Origin: Candidatus Binatia bacterium
GTDB lineage: Bacteria; Desulfobacterota; Binatia; HRBIN30
Direction of reading: 5' to 3'
Assembly: GCA_050015455.1 (NCBI GenBank)
Contig: JBEKBJ010000009.1
Span: 8,508 to 72,507 of the forward strand
DNA length: 64,000 nucleotides
Translations under genes and position numbers: made by a program
Notes under the pieces: generated by a model
Database searches by the model: none
What the model was told of the DNA's origin: nothing
The model's input: the letters and a program-made list of their open reading frames with translations, nothing else
Part shown: in pieces, positions 45,779-54,292 of the stretch
Layout of the letters: every line of letters starts with the position of its first letter
Numbering within the stretch: the stretch's first letter is position 1

Positions 45779-46422
45779 CGCGCGCTCGTGTCCTCACCAG
45801 CCGGCGCAGCGAAGGCCGCGTTCAGCAGATGGTTGGCGGCGGCGTAGCGCGCCGGCAGGTCGACCATGTGCAGCCGCATCAACAAGTGCGGTACCCCACC
45901 GAAGGGCAGGTAGGGAATATTCGGCGGGGTCAGCGCCTCGAACAGAATGGACTCGTACATCTTTTGTACGGTTGGCACCGCGCAGATGAAGATATCGTCA
46001 ATGTTCTGCATCTGGCAGACATCGTAGAGGAGCCGAATCAGGCCCAGGTAAACCTGCATCGCCCGCGTGATGCGCCGAAACGGCGCAGCGATGCAAAGGC
46101 GCGTGGTTTCCCCCGGGGGGTGTCCCGGGCGGAGGAACGGCGTGAGATCGAGGCTGGTTTCCATTTCGAACGGCCGCCCCGTAGGGCCCAGCAGGCGGAT
46201 CATTCCCACCGCCTCACCGGCTTCCGACATGGCGAGCAGATGAATCGCGCGCTCGTCTATGGGCCCCCACTCTACCGCCCGTGGTCCGTAGCCGAGCTCG
46301 TCGCCGTAAACCGCTTGCCGGAGCTGCAAGATTGCCTCGCGTCGGTGTGGCCCCGCAACCTCGAAGCACAAACGCCAGGATTCCACGGGGCAAATCGTAT
46401 TATGCTCTGCTGTTGACTTCAA
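45775..46422 (-). CDS. GNAT-fold N-acyltransferase (LuxI / FeeM N-acyl synthase-like)
   Basis: LRQAVYGDELGY..PIDERAIHLLA..VGMIRL..FEME..GETTRLCIAAPFR pattern of acyl-ACP-dependent N-acyl synthases. Start uncertain. Confidence 0.7.
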   Translation of the reverse strand: MKSTAEHNTICPVESWRLCFEVAGPHRREAILQLRQAVYGDELGYGPRAVEWGPIDERAIHLLAMSEAGEAVGMIRLLGPTGRPFEMETSLDLTPFLRPGHPPGETTRLCIAAPFRRITRAMQVYLGLIRLLYDVCQMQNIDDIFICAVPTVQKMYESILFEALTPPNIPYLPFGGVPHLLMRLHMVDLPARYAAANHLLNAAFAAPAGEDTSAR

Positions 46423-46466
46423 GGAGCACGTTGGACGATATTGTCACTCTCTCTTCGTCGAGAGTT

Positions 46467-46742
46467 ATGATCCAAGAACCGGCTCAACAAGCGCCCTCGA
46501 TAGAAGAAGTCAAAGCAACCCTGCGACGGCTCATCGGGGAGATCGGGGATTTGGACGCCGATTCGATCACCGATTCCTCCACGCTGGATGAAGATATTCC
46601 GCTGCCGTCGATCCAGTTCATCGAACTGCAAGTCGCCGTTGAAGACATTTTCGATATCCAGCTCGACCCGGTAGAGATCGTTGAGCGAAATACATTTGGG
46701 GCGATTGCTGCCCTAATCTGCGATAAGGTCCGTGCAAGTTGA
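46467..46742 (+). CDS. Acyl carrier protein with atypical phosphopantetheine motif
   Basis: 91-aa acidic protein; TLDEDIPLPSIQFIELQVAVEDIFDIQL aligns by eye to DLGLDSLDxVELxxxLEExFxI. Confidence 0.8.
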   Translation: MIQEPAQQAPSIEEVKATLRRLIGEIGDLDADSITDSSTLDEDIPLPSIQFIELQVAVEDIFDIQLDPVEIVERNTFGAIAALICDKVRAS

Positions 46743-46790
46743 CTACCGTGAGTGCCGTGTGATTTTGCGATGAGAGAAGGCGTACGGGCC

Positions 46791-48026
46791 GTGCGGCGCG
46801 TGGTGATCACTGGGATAGGCCTCATTGGACCGACCGGAGTTGGGCTTCGGGCCTTCTGGGAGTCCCTGCTGGAAGGCCATTCAGGCATTGGCCGCATCTC
46901 CCGCTTCGACCCGAGCCCGTACCAGTGTCAGATTGGCGGCGAGGTACGTGACCGGAGTTACGAAGAGCTGCTGGATCCGCGCCAGCTCCGCACCACGACG
47001 CACGCCACACAGCTGGCCCTTGGGGCGGCCGAGCTGGGGCTTCGGGACGCGCGCCTCTCACCAACTTACTACGACCCGGCCCTCATCGGGGTCAGCATCG
47101 GCACCGCAATAGGTGGTTGGCGAGATCTCGCACAGCAACACGCTATCCTGCTTGAGCGCGGCGCCCGCCGCGTCAACCCTTTCATCGCCAACGGCACCCC
47201 GAATCATACCAGCGGCGTCGAACTTGCCGGCGCGTTCGGTGCGTGCGGAGGCCACTTCACCTTTTCGTGCGGCTGTCCGTCTAGTCTCCAGGCCATCGGC
47301 CACGCGGCAACCCTCGTTGCCACAGAAGAGTTGGACGTCTGCTTGGCGGGCGGTACGGAGAGCCCACTCACCCCAATGATCTTCGCCGGCATGGGCCGCA
47401 CCCAGGAGCTGTGCACAATCAACGACGATCCGCAGCACGCCAGCCGGCCCTTCGACCGTGCCCACGCCGGCATCGTTCTCAGTGAAGGCGCCTGTATCTT
47501 GGTACTGGAGTCGGCCGAGCATGCCGCTCGACGAGGCGTGGCACCGTACGCGGAAGTCGTCGGTCACAGCTCATCCTGCGACGCCAAGGGTTTGTACAAT
47601 TTCGACCCGAGCGGCGAAACCGGCGCACGGGCGATTCACCGACTCCTCCAGCGGACCGGTGTGCCTGCAACGGAGATTCACTACGTTTGCTCACACGCGA
47701 ACTCATCCCCGGCATTCGACCGCAAAGAAACGGTCGTCATCAAGAAAGCCTTCGGCGAGTGCGCCGCGCGCCTGCCGGTCAGCTCGATCAAGGCCGTGCT
47801 AGGACACCTGTTCGGTGCCTCCGGCGCGTTCCAAGTGGCTGCGGCGGCCTTGGCCATCCGCAACCAAACTGTACCGCCGACCCACAACCTCGAAGTTCCG
47901 GACCCGAAATGCGATCTGGACTATGTGCCCCGACAGGCACGCCCGGCACACATTCGCAACGCGCTGGTCACCAGCTATGGGTACGGGGGCGTGAACTCGT
48001 ACCTGCTGGTAACAGAGACTCACTGA
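46791..48026 (+). CDS. Beta-ketoacyl-ACP synthase (FabF-like) 1
   Basis: RRVVITGIG, SCGCPSS (Cys), SRPFD, CSHANSS (His), SSIKAVLGHLFGASG (His), SYGYGGVN. Confidence 0.9.
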   Translation: MRRVVITGIGLIGPTGVGLRAFWESLLEGHSGIGRISRFDPSPYQCQIGGEVRDRSYEELLDPRQLRTTTHATQLALGAAELGLRDARLSPTYYDPALIGVSIGTAIGGWRDLAQQHAILLERGARRVNPFIANGTPNHTSGVELAGAFGACGGHFTFSCGCPSSLQAIGHAATLVATEELDVCLAGGTESPLTPMIFAGMGRTQELCTINDDPQHASRPFDRAHAGIVLSEGACILVLESAEHAARRGVAPYAEVVGHSSSCDAKGLYNFDPSGETGARAIHRLLQRTGVPATEIHYVCSHANSSPAFDRKETVVIKKAFGECAARLPVSSIKAVLGHLFGASGAFQVAAAALAIRNQTVPPTHNLEVPDPKCDLDYVPRQARPAHIRNALVTSYGYGGVNSYLLVTETH

Positions 48027-48044
48027 AGCCGGGGAAGTGGCTGC

Positions 48045-48128
48045 TCACAGCAGCCGCGCCGTAGCAACGTGGTGAATCTGGTTCGTGCCCTCGAAGATCT
48101 GCATCAGCTCGGCATCGCACACAAGCTT
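48045..48128 (-). pseudogene. C-terminal relic of an acyl-CoA dehydrogenase
   Basis: Minus strand reads KLVCDAELMQIFEGTNQIHHVATARLL*, matching the ACAD C-terminal pattern RDAKxxQIxEGTNQIQ; no upstream body of the gene. Confidence 0.65.
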
Positions 48129-48210
48129 CCGCCCGCCCTTCGAACATGCTCAAGGTGAGCGGACAGCGTTGTCGTAGGGACGTGCCGGTTAGCTCCGGTG
48201 GCGCAGGATA

Positions 48211-50400
48211 CTACGAGGCGGCCTGACGGCGAAGCGCGTAGCCGAGGGGAGCCGATTCGGCGGCTGCAACTGACTGGCCTGCCAGGGCGGACACGACTTC
48301 CTCGACGTACGCCGGGAGATTGACGAAGACGGTTGTCCCCCAACCCTCGCGGCTCTCCACGGTAATGGAGCCGGCGTGTTCAGTGACGATCTGATGCGCG
48401 ATGGGCAACCCCAACCCCGTTCCCTTGGCCTTCGTAGTGAAGAAAGGGTTGAAGATCTCTTCCAAGTGCTCCGGCGCGATGCCGGCCCCGGTATCGCGGA
48501 CCTCCAACTGCACCAAATCCGCGTTGCCATTTCGCACCGTCCGGCTGCTGATCGATACCGCGCCTCCTGGCTCCGTGGCCTGAATGGCGTTGAGAATCAG
48601 GTTGATCAGCACCTGCTTGATCTGATCGCCGTCGGCGCACACGAGTGGGAGGGCCGGCGCCAACCCGCGGGTCAGCGTCAGCTTCCGGTTCTTGGCTTCC
48701 GGCTCTAGCAGCGTGACGACGCGCTCGACGGCTGCGTTGAGATCCAGCGGCCCGAACGCCGCTGTCGGCGAACGGGCAAACGACAAGAGTTCCGTGATCA
48801 GATTCGCAATCCGATTCACCTCACCGGCTGTAGTGTTCAGAAAGGTGGTGGAGAATTCGTGGTCATGCAGACGTTCCGGCGCCAACTGAAAGAAGGTCTG
48901 GATCGACACCAACGGGTTGCGGATTTCGTGGGCGATGCCGGCAGCCAAGGTGCCCAGGGCGGAGAGGCGGTCCGCGCGGCGGATTATATCCTGTGACTTC
49001 TTGAGTTCGTCATACAGACGGGCGTTTTCTAGAGCGATGGCTGCTTCCGCGGCTAGGGTGTTGAGCAACTCAAGATCACCGCTGGAGAAGAGCTCGAGGT
49101 TGCGCTTGCGTCCCAAGTTGACGAAGCCGACGAGCCTGCCGCTGATCGTCAACGGCATCGACACTTCCCAGGCGTTGACTCGGTAAGAATCGCGAATTGC
49201 GGCGAGCTCCGACGAAGCTGCTGCCGCCTCCAACTCCTCGCGGAGGACCGTCTCGGCCCGCTGCGCTAGCAAGCGCACGAGGACATCGCCCCTCGCAAAC
49301 TCTTCGGTTGTCGGGGCAATTCCCGCGCTATGCTGCAGGTGGTACGCTTGATCCGGTGCTTGCAGGAATATCGCCACCCGGTCCAACTGCAGCACCCGTA
49401 TGAGTGTATCGGCCAGCTCACGTAGCAGCTTCTCGCGGTCCAAAATGCGGACGATGGTGCTGGTGAAGCCCGCCAGGGCCGCGCGGTACTCGTGTTTTTC
49501 GCGAAAGAGAGACTGCCCAACGCGTCGCTCGGTGCGGCCGCGTAACAAAGGAAACAGGGCGGCGACCAAGAAGTACGAAACCAAGAGAGCTGTGGAAAAG
49601 TTGGCGTCAAGGTGGCCGAAGCTCTGCTTCTGGATCCAAACAATCAACGTGAAGACCGGGGCGATCAGCGCGAGGGTGCCCAGGGTGTAGCCCACACCCT
49701 TTGTTATAACGATGTCGATGTCCATGAGGCGGTGCTGAACCATGGCGTAGGCCATAAGGCCCGTAAAAGCGGCGCTGGCGAGACTTCCGAGCGGGTAGAT
49801 GGGCACGCCGTACACGGCCAGCAGGTTCGTGGCACCGAGCGGTGCCGCAATCGCCAACGCAAGAAGTAAGAAGCGGGCTTGCAGACGTACGCGGGCTGAG
49901 CCGCTATGCTGATATGCGTACGTGAGCACGCCCAGAGAGAGTATGGCGTTGCCAGCGAAAGACGCTGTGTGCAGGGAGTACAAAGGTTGCGGGCGCGGGT
50001 AATAGCCCCACTGCACCCACTCCACGCGCGAGACCAACATGTCCAATGAATTCGCGGCAACCAGCACGATCCCGATTGCGTAGCTGACCAAGAGTACCGG
50101 GCGCACCCACCGCGCCTTTGTGTCGGTAAAGACCACCGCACAGTGCAGGAACGTCGGCGGCATGAGCACCATCCCGACGCGAAACAGTCGAGACCAGAAG
50201 AACGCCTCCTCCGCCGTAGAGGCGTAGTCCAGAGAGAAGATGTCCATATTCCAGAGCACAATCGTGAGGGACATCAAGGCGAAGGTTTGGTTAACCTGGC
50301 GCTTTTTGTCGTGCTGGTAGACAAAGAGGCACAGCCACAAGTTGGCCAGTGCCGCCACGAGCGGGGCGACCCAGTGGAATTGGGGAGCCCCGTCCGTCAC
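48211..50400 (-). CDS. Sensor histidine kinase 2 (paralog of 43604-45778)
   Basis: Same architecture; YAMVQHRLMDID, AHEIRNPL, NLILNA, GTGLGL. GTG 50400 overlaps the ketosynthase stop (GTGA). Confidence 0.92.
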   Translation of the reverse strand: MTDGAPQFHWVAPLVAALANLWLCLFVYQHDKKRQVNQTFALMSLTIVLWNMDIFSLDYASTAEEAFFWSRLFRVGMVLMPPTFLHCAVVFTDTKARWVRPVLLVSYAIGIVLVAANSLDMLVSRVEWVQWGYYPRPQPLYSLHTASFAGNAILSLGVLTYAYQHSGSARVRLQARFLLLALAIAAPLGATNLLAVYGVPIYPLGSLASAAFTGLMAYAMVQHRLMDIDIVITKGVGYTLGTLALIAPVFTLIVWIQKQSFGHLDANFSTALLVSYFLVAALFPLLRGRTERRVGQSLFREKHEYRAALAGFTSTIVRILDREKLLRELADTLIRVLQLDRVAIFLQAPDQAYHLQHSAGIAPTTEEFARGDVLVRLLAQRAETVLREELEAAAASSELAAIRDSYRVNAWEVSMPLTISGRLVGFVNLGRKRNLELFSSGDLELLNTLAAEAAIALENARLYDELKKSQDIIRRADRLSALGTLAAGIAHEIRNPLVSIQTFFQLAPERLHDHEFSTTFLNTTAGEVNRIANLITELLSFARSPTAAFGPLDLNAAVERVVTLLEPEAKNRKLTLTRGLAPALPLVCADGDQIKQVLINLILNAIQATEPGGAVSISSRTVRNGNADLVQLEVRDTGAGIAPEHLEEIFNPFFTTKAKGTGLGLPIAHQIVTEHAGSITVESREGWGTTVFVNLPAYVEEVVSALAGQSVAAAESAPLGYALRRQAAS

Positions 50401-51641
50401 AGCAAGTCCTGTGCGCCAAGCAGTAAGAAAGCATTGACGCCACCGTAGCCAAAATTCGATATCAGAGAGCGCCGAGGCCGCAACGATCGCGGGACGTTGG
50501 GGACGTAGTCCAAATCGCACTCCGGATCGGGTTCGATGAAGTTGATAGTTGCCGGAAGGATGCCGCGGGTCATCGCGAGCGCCGTTGCGCCCACCTGGAA
50601 CGCACCTGCCGCGCCGAAAGAATGGCCGAGCATCGACTTGATCGAGCTAATCGGGATCTGGTGGGCGCTCTCGCCAAAAGCGCGCTTTAGGACTCGCGTC
50701 TCCTTGCGATCCCAGTTCGGACACGAGCTGCCGTGGGCGCTGACGTACTCCACCTCGCCTGGAGAAACCTGGCTGCGCCGCAGCGAAGCCAGCAGTGTGG
50801 CGATGGCGATTTCACCCGTCGGCTCCAAAGCGTAGGCGTCCTGGGCCTCCGATCCAATGGCGTGCCCGAGCACCTCAGCGTAAAGGGGCGCGTCGCGCAG
50901 CTTAGCATGGGCCAACTCTTCGATGACCAGCACGGCGCTGCCCTCGCCGACGACAAGCCCCTCGTGGTCCTTATCGAAGGGGCGCGATGCCTCCTCGGGC
51001 GCGCCGTTCTTCTTGGCCAAGTCGCCTGCTCGGCACATTGCGGCAAAGACCAGCGGTGTTACAGGGCTCTCAGCGCCGCCGACAATGCACACGTCAAGAA
51101 CGCCCGACCGGATCAGGTCAGCACCCGCCGCGATGGCACAAAGGCCAGAGGCACACGCTGCTGACTGCGTGAAGTTTGCTCCCGCCGCCCTGGCTTCGCT
51201 CGCAACCTCGCTTACGGTCGAGTGATAATACGTTGCCAAAGTCAGAAACGGGTTGATCCGATTCGCCCCGCGCTCGAGCAGTATGGTGTGTTGCTTCTCC
51301 GCGTCGCTCAAGCTGCCAAGCGACGTTCCCAACACCACCCCGGCCCGCATCGGGTCATATCGCGGGCGCTCGAGGCCGGCGTCATTGAGCGCCAGGCGCG
51401 CTGCGCCCACTGCCATACGCGTCACGTGTGGCATGCGCCGGGCGCGTTTCGGCTCCAGAAGATCCACATAGCTTTCGTCGATGACCTCTGCTGCAATCCG
51501 CGAGGGGTAGCCCGAGGCGTCAAAGCGGGTCACCGGACCGACGCCGGAACGCCCTTCCATCAACCCCGACCAGAAGGCTTCCTTCCCGATACCGGTGGGG
51601 CCAACAACGCCGATGCCCGTAATGACGATGCGTCGCTGCAC
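50397..51641 (-). CDS. Beta-ketoacyl-ACP synthase (FabF-like) 2
   Basis: RRIVITGIG, SAACASG (Cys), SRPFD, SAHGSSC (His), SSIKSMLGHSFGAAG (His), NFGYGGVN. Confidence 0.9.
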   Translation of the reverse strand: MQRRIVITGIGVVGPTGIGKEAFWSGLMEGRSGVGPVTRFDASGYPSRIAAEVIDESYVDLLEPKRARRMPHVTRMAVGAARLALNDAGLERPRYDPMRAGVVLGTSLGSLSDAEKQHTILLERGANRINPFLTLATYYHSTVSEVASEARAAGANFTQSAACASGLCAIAAGADLIRSGVLDVCIVGGAESPVTPLVFAAMCRAGDLAKKNGAPEEASRPFDKDHEGLVVGEGSAVLVIEELAHAKLRDAPLYAEVLGHAIGSEAQDAYALEPTGEIAIATLLASLRRSQVSPGEVEYVSAHGSSCPNWDRKETRVLKRAFGESAHQIPISSIKSMLGHSFGAAGAFQVGATALAMTRGILPATINFIEPDPECDLDYVPNVPRSLRPRRSLISNFGYGGVNAFLLLGAQDLL

Positions 51642-51760
51642 GCTAGACTACCAGGGAGCGAGGCCACTGCACTTGGCGGCTGCGCTCGTCGACTCGCACA
51701 ATAGTGGGCATGCGGAGACGCTTGACCTGCATGCTTCGCCCTCAGCTCACTCCGGACCAA

Positions 51761-51800
51761 AGTGTACGGCGACACGGTTTGCACTGTCAAGCGAAACCGT
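51761..51800 (-). promoter_or_regulatory. Sigma70-type promoter with palindromic operator over the -35 box
   Basis: Minus strand TTGACA-18 nt-TACACT; inverted repeat ACGGTTT-N13-AAACCGT (51774-51800) brackets the -35. Confidence 0.6.
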
Positions 51801-51850
51801 ACTTGCGAAGCCACGGCAGCCCCGGCTTGGGGCTGTGAGAAACGGGAAGG

Positions 51851-54202
51851 TTAGTTCCCGGCGGTGGCTCGTATGCGGGCGGTGACAGGCCAGGCGTAGC
51901 CCATCGGTACCGCACCTAACATCTTCGGCCGCGTCGTGATGAACAACGCCGGGATGATCGTGAGCGTGGCCAACGCGCTAACGCCCATCATCAACGCCGT
52001 GAGCACGCCGAGATGAATCCAGGCGCCGAATCCCGAAAGCGGCAAAACCAAGTAGCCCAAGGCGACCGCTGACGAGACGAAAAAAATTGCCTTTCCCGAG
52101 GTGAGCAGGCTGGCACGCAGCGCCGCCGCCAGATCGCCATCGTGCTGCTGCAGCTCTTCCCGAACCCGGAAGATCAGGTAGATGGCGAAGTCGGCGCCGA
52201 TGCTGATCGCCGTCGAGGTGATGGCCGCCGTCGCCAGACTCAGCCAGGTGTGCGACCAGCCCATGATCCCGAGATTGACCACCACCGAAACCGCCAGTGG
52301 CGTTAGCACAATCAGACCACCGACGAACGACCGCAGGACCAGCGACGAAAGCAGAAAGATGATCACCGTCACTTGTATAACGTTCAGGATCTTCTCGCGC
52401 ACGATGACCTCGTTCATCGCCGTCTGTACGCCCAACGCGCCGCCGGCGAGATGCACCTCCGCCGGCAGTCCCTGAAAACGCTGCGTCACATAGGCGCCGA
52501 GATCGTTGAACAGCTCACGTCCAAACTCGGCACCGTCGGTCTTGGCGTAGGCGCGGATGACGGAGAGGCGGTGGGACGAATCGATGACCGAGGTGAAGTC
52601 GTTCGGTCCGGAGAGCGAATACAGAAAGAGGTATTGCGCGATCAGCCGCTTCGTATCGGGAATGGCGTAGTAGGCCGCGTCGTCATTGTTCATGGCCCGA
52701 TGCATGCGTTTGACGTAATCCGCCATCGAGGTGGCGGCACCGATTCCCTGCCGCTTTTCGAGAAAGTCCTCCACGTCGCTCATCGCCCGCAACACGCCGG
52801 GATCCTCGATGTCCCCTTCCTCTTGTCCCTCGACCAAGAGGGTCAAGGTCGACGTGCCGGCCAGGTGCTGGTTCAGCAACGCGTCCGCCTGGCGCACGGG
52901 TGAACTTGCGGGGAACCAGCCCTTGAAACTGTTATCGACCTTCAGTGACAGTGCCCCGATGAAGAACAGGACCACAACTGCCATGGAGACGAGCAGCACG
53001 GCCTGGGGCCGTCGCACCACCAGTGCGGCGATCCATTCCAATCCCGTCTTGAGAATCCACCCTTCTTTTTCGCGTGCGACCTCACGCCCGCGAGGGGCCG
53101 GCAGCATCGCCCGGCAGGCCGGCGTAAAGGTCATCTCGATTATCAACGCACTGACGATGCCGCAGGCCAGCAGCAAGCCGAAGACGCGCACGCTGGTCAC
53201 GCCGAAAGCCACCAGCGACCCGAATCCCGCCGACGCAATCAGTCCCGCGGTCAGCATCACCGGCCCGACCGCAGTGACCGAGCGGATGACGGCGAGCTTG
53301 CTGTCGCCTACCTGCGCGAACTCTTCATAGTAGCGCTTCAGGATCTGTACGGCATGGCCCGCGGCGATGGCGAGTATCACCACGGGGGTGACGGCGCTCC
53401 AGGTGTCCATTGGCTGACGCAGCCAACCCATGATGCCCAACGACCAGATGACGCTGAGCAAGGCCGTGGCCAAGGGCAAAAACACCGCCTGCAGGGTGCG
53501 GAAGGCTTCGTAGTGCACCAATCCGATGACCATGACGGCGATCGGAAACAGAATGGCCATCATCGCCGTGTAGCGTGCGGCTGAGGCGCGAATCATCGGC
53601 GCGCCACCCAACACCACGTCCGCATCCGCGTCCCGTTCGCCCGCGACCACCGATTCCACTTCGTCAACGATGGCCTCACCCGTGAGCTCGCCGTTGAAAT
53701 CGACGACGATCAGTGCCGCGCTGCCGTCGGCGGCGACCAAGGTCCCCTTGTAGAGTTTGTCGCTGAAGACTTCCTCTTTCAGCTGCGCGATGGCGGCGTC
53801 GTCGTGCGGCGCTTCGGCCATCAGCGGGCGCACCTCCATGCCGTCAGCGGTACCCTTGATGAATTTCACTCGCTCCGCTGCGATGCTCAGGACATTGTTG
53901 GCCACCGCACCCGGCAGTTGCCCGACGAGGCGCGTAATGCGCACAATCTTCTCGAGGATGGGCGGGGTGAAAATGTCCCCGTGGCGGGCGATGACACCGA
54001 TGATGAGTGTGGTCTCTCCGCCGAAAATGTCCGCGATGCGATTGTGGACTTGAACGTACGGATGACTCTGCGGCGTCAGCGCCCGCTGGCGGATCTCCAG
54101 GCGCACGTGGGGGAGCTGCGTCGCGAGCAGCGCCGTAGCCGTCAGAACCGCCATCAGCACCGCGAGGCGATGCCGCACGATGAACGTGACATACCGCTCC
54201 AT
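51851..54202 (-). CDS. MMPL/RND-family lipid transporter
   Basis: Two repeats of TM + periplasmic loop + 5 TM; ILAIAAGHAVQI, ISIGADFAIY, TSGKAI. Confidence 0.9.
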   Translation of the reverse strand: MERYVTFIVRHRLAVLMAVLTATALLATQLPHVRLEIRQRALTPQSHPYVQVHNRIADIFGGETTLIIGVIARHGDIFTPPILEKIVRITRLVGQLPGAVANNVLSIAAERVKFIKGTADGMEVRPLMAEAPHDDAAIAQLKEEVFSDKLYKGTLVAADGSAALIVVDFNGELTGEAIVDEVESVVAGERDADADVVLGGAPMIRASAARYTAMMAILFPIAVMVIGLVHYEAFRTLQAVFLPLATALLSVIWSLGIMGWLRQPMDTWSAVTPVVILAIAAGHAVQILKRYYEEFAQVGDSKLAVIRSVTAVGPVMLTAGLIASAGFGSLVAFGVTSVRVFGLLLACGIVSALIIEMTFTPACRAMLPAPRGREVAREKEGWILKTGLEWIAALVVRRPQAVLLVSMAVVVLFFIGALSLKVDNSFKGWFPASSPVRQADALLNQHLAGTSTLTLLVEGQEEGDIEDPGVLRAMSDVEDFLEKRQGIGAATSMADYVKRMHRAMNNDDAAYYAIPDTKRLIAQYLFLYSLSGPNDFTSVIDSSHRLSVIRAYAKTDGAEFGRELFNDLGAYVTQRFQGLPAEVHLAGGALGVQTAMNEVIVREKILNVIQVTVIIFLLSSLVLRSFVGGLIVLTPLAVSVVVNLGIMGWSHTWLSLATAAITSTAISIGADFAIYLIFRVREELQQHDGDLAAALRASLLTSGKAIFFVSSAVALGYLVLPLSGFGAWIHLGVLTALMMGVSALATLTIIPALFITTRPKMLGAVPMGYAWPVTARIRATAGN

Positions 54203-54292
54203 CACGCGCTCCGAGCTTTTAAACTGAGCGCACATACTACTTTTTGGCTCCGTCAACAAGGATAACTTGTACTCGCTGCCTGCGTGGGGCCG

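Noticed and set aside
46791-51641. Classical aromatic type II PKS (KS-CLF)
   Set aside because: Both ketosynthases retain the catalytic Cys, they are not adjacent, and no cyclase/aromatase genes are present.
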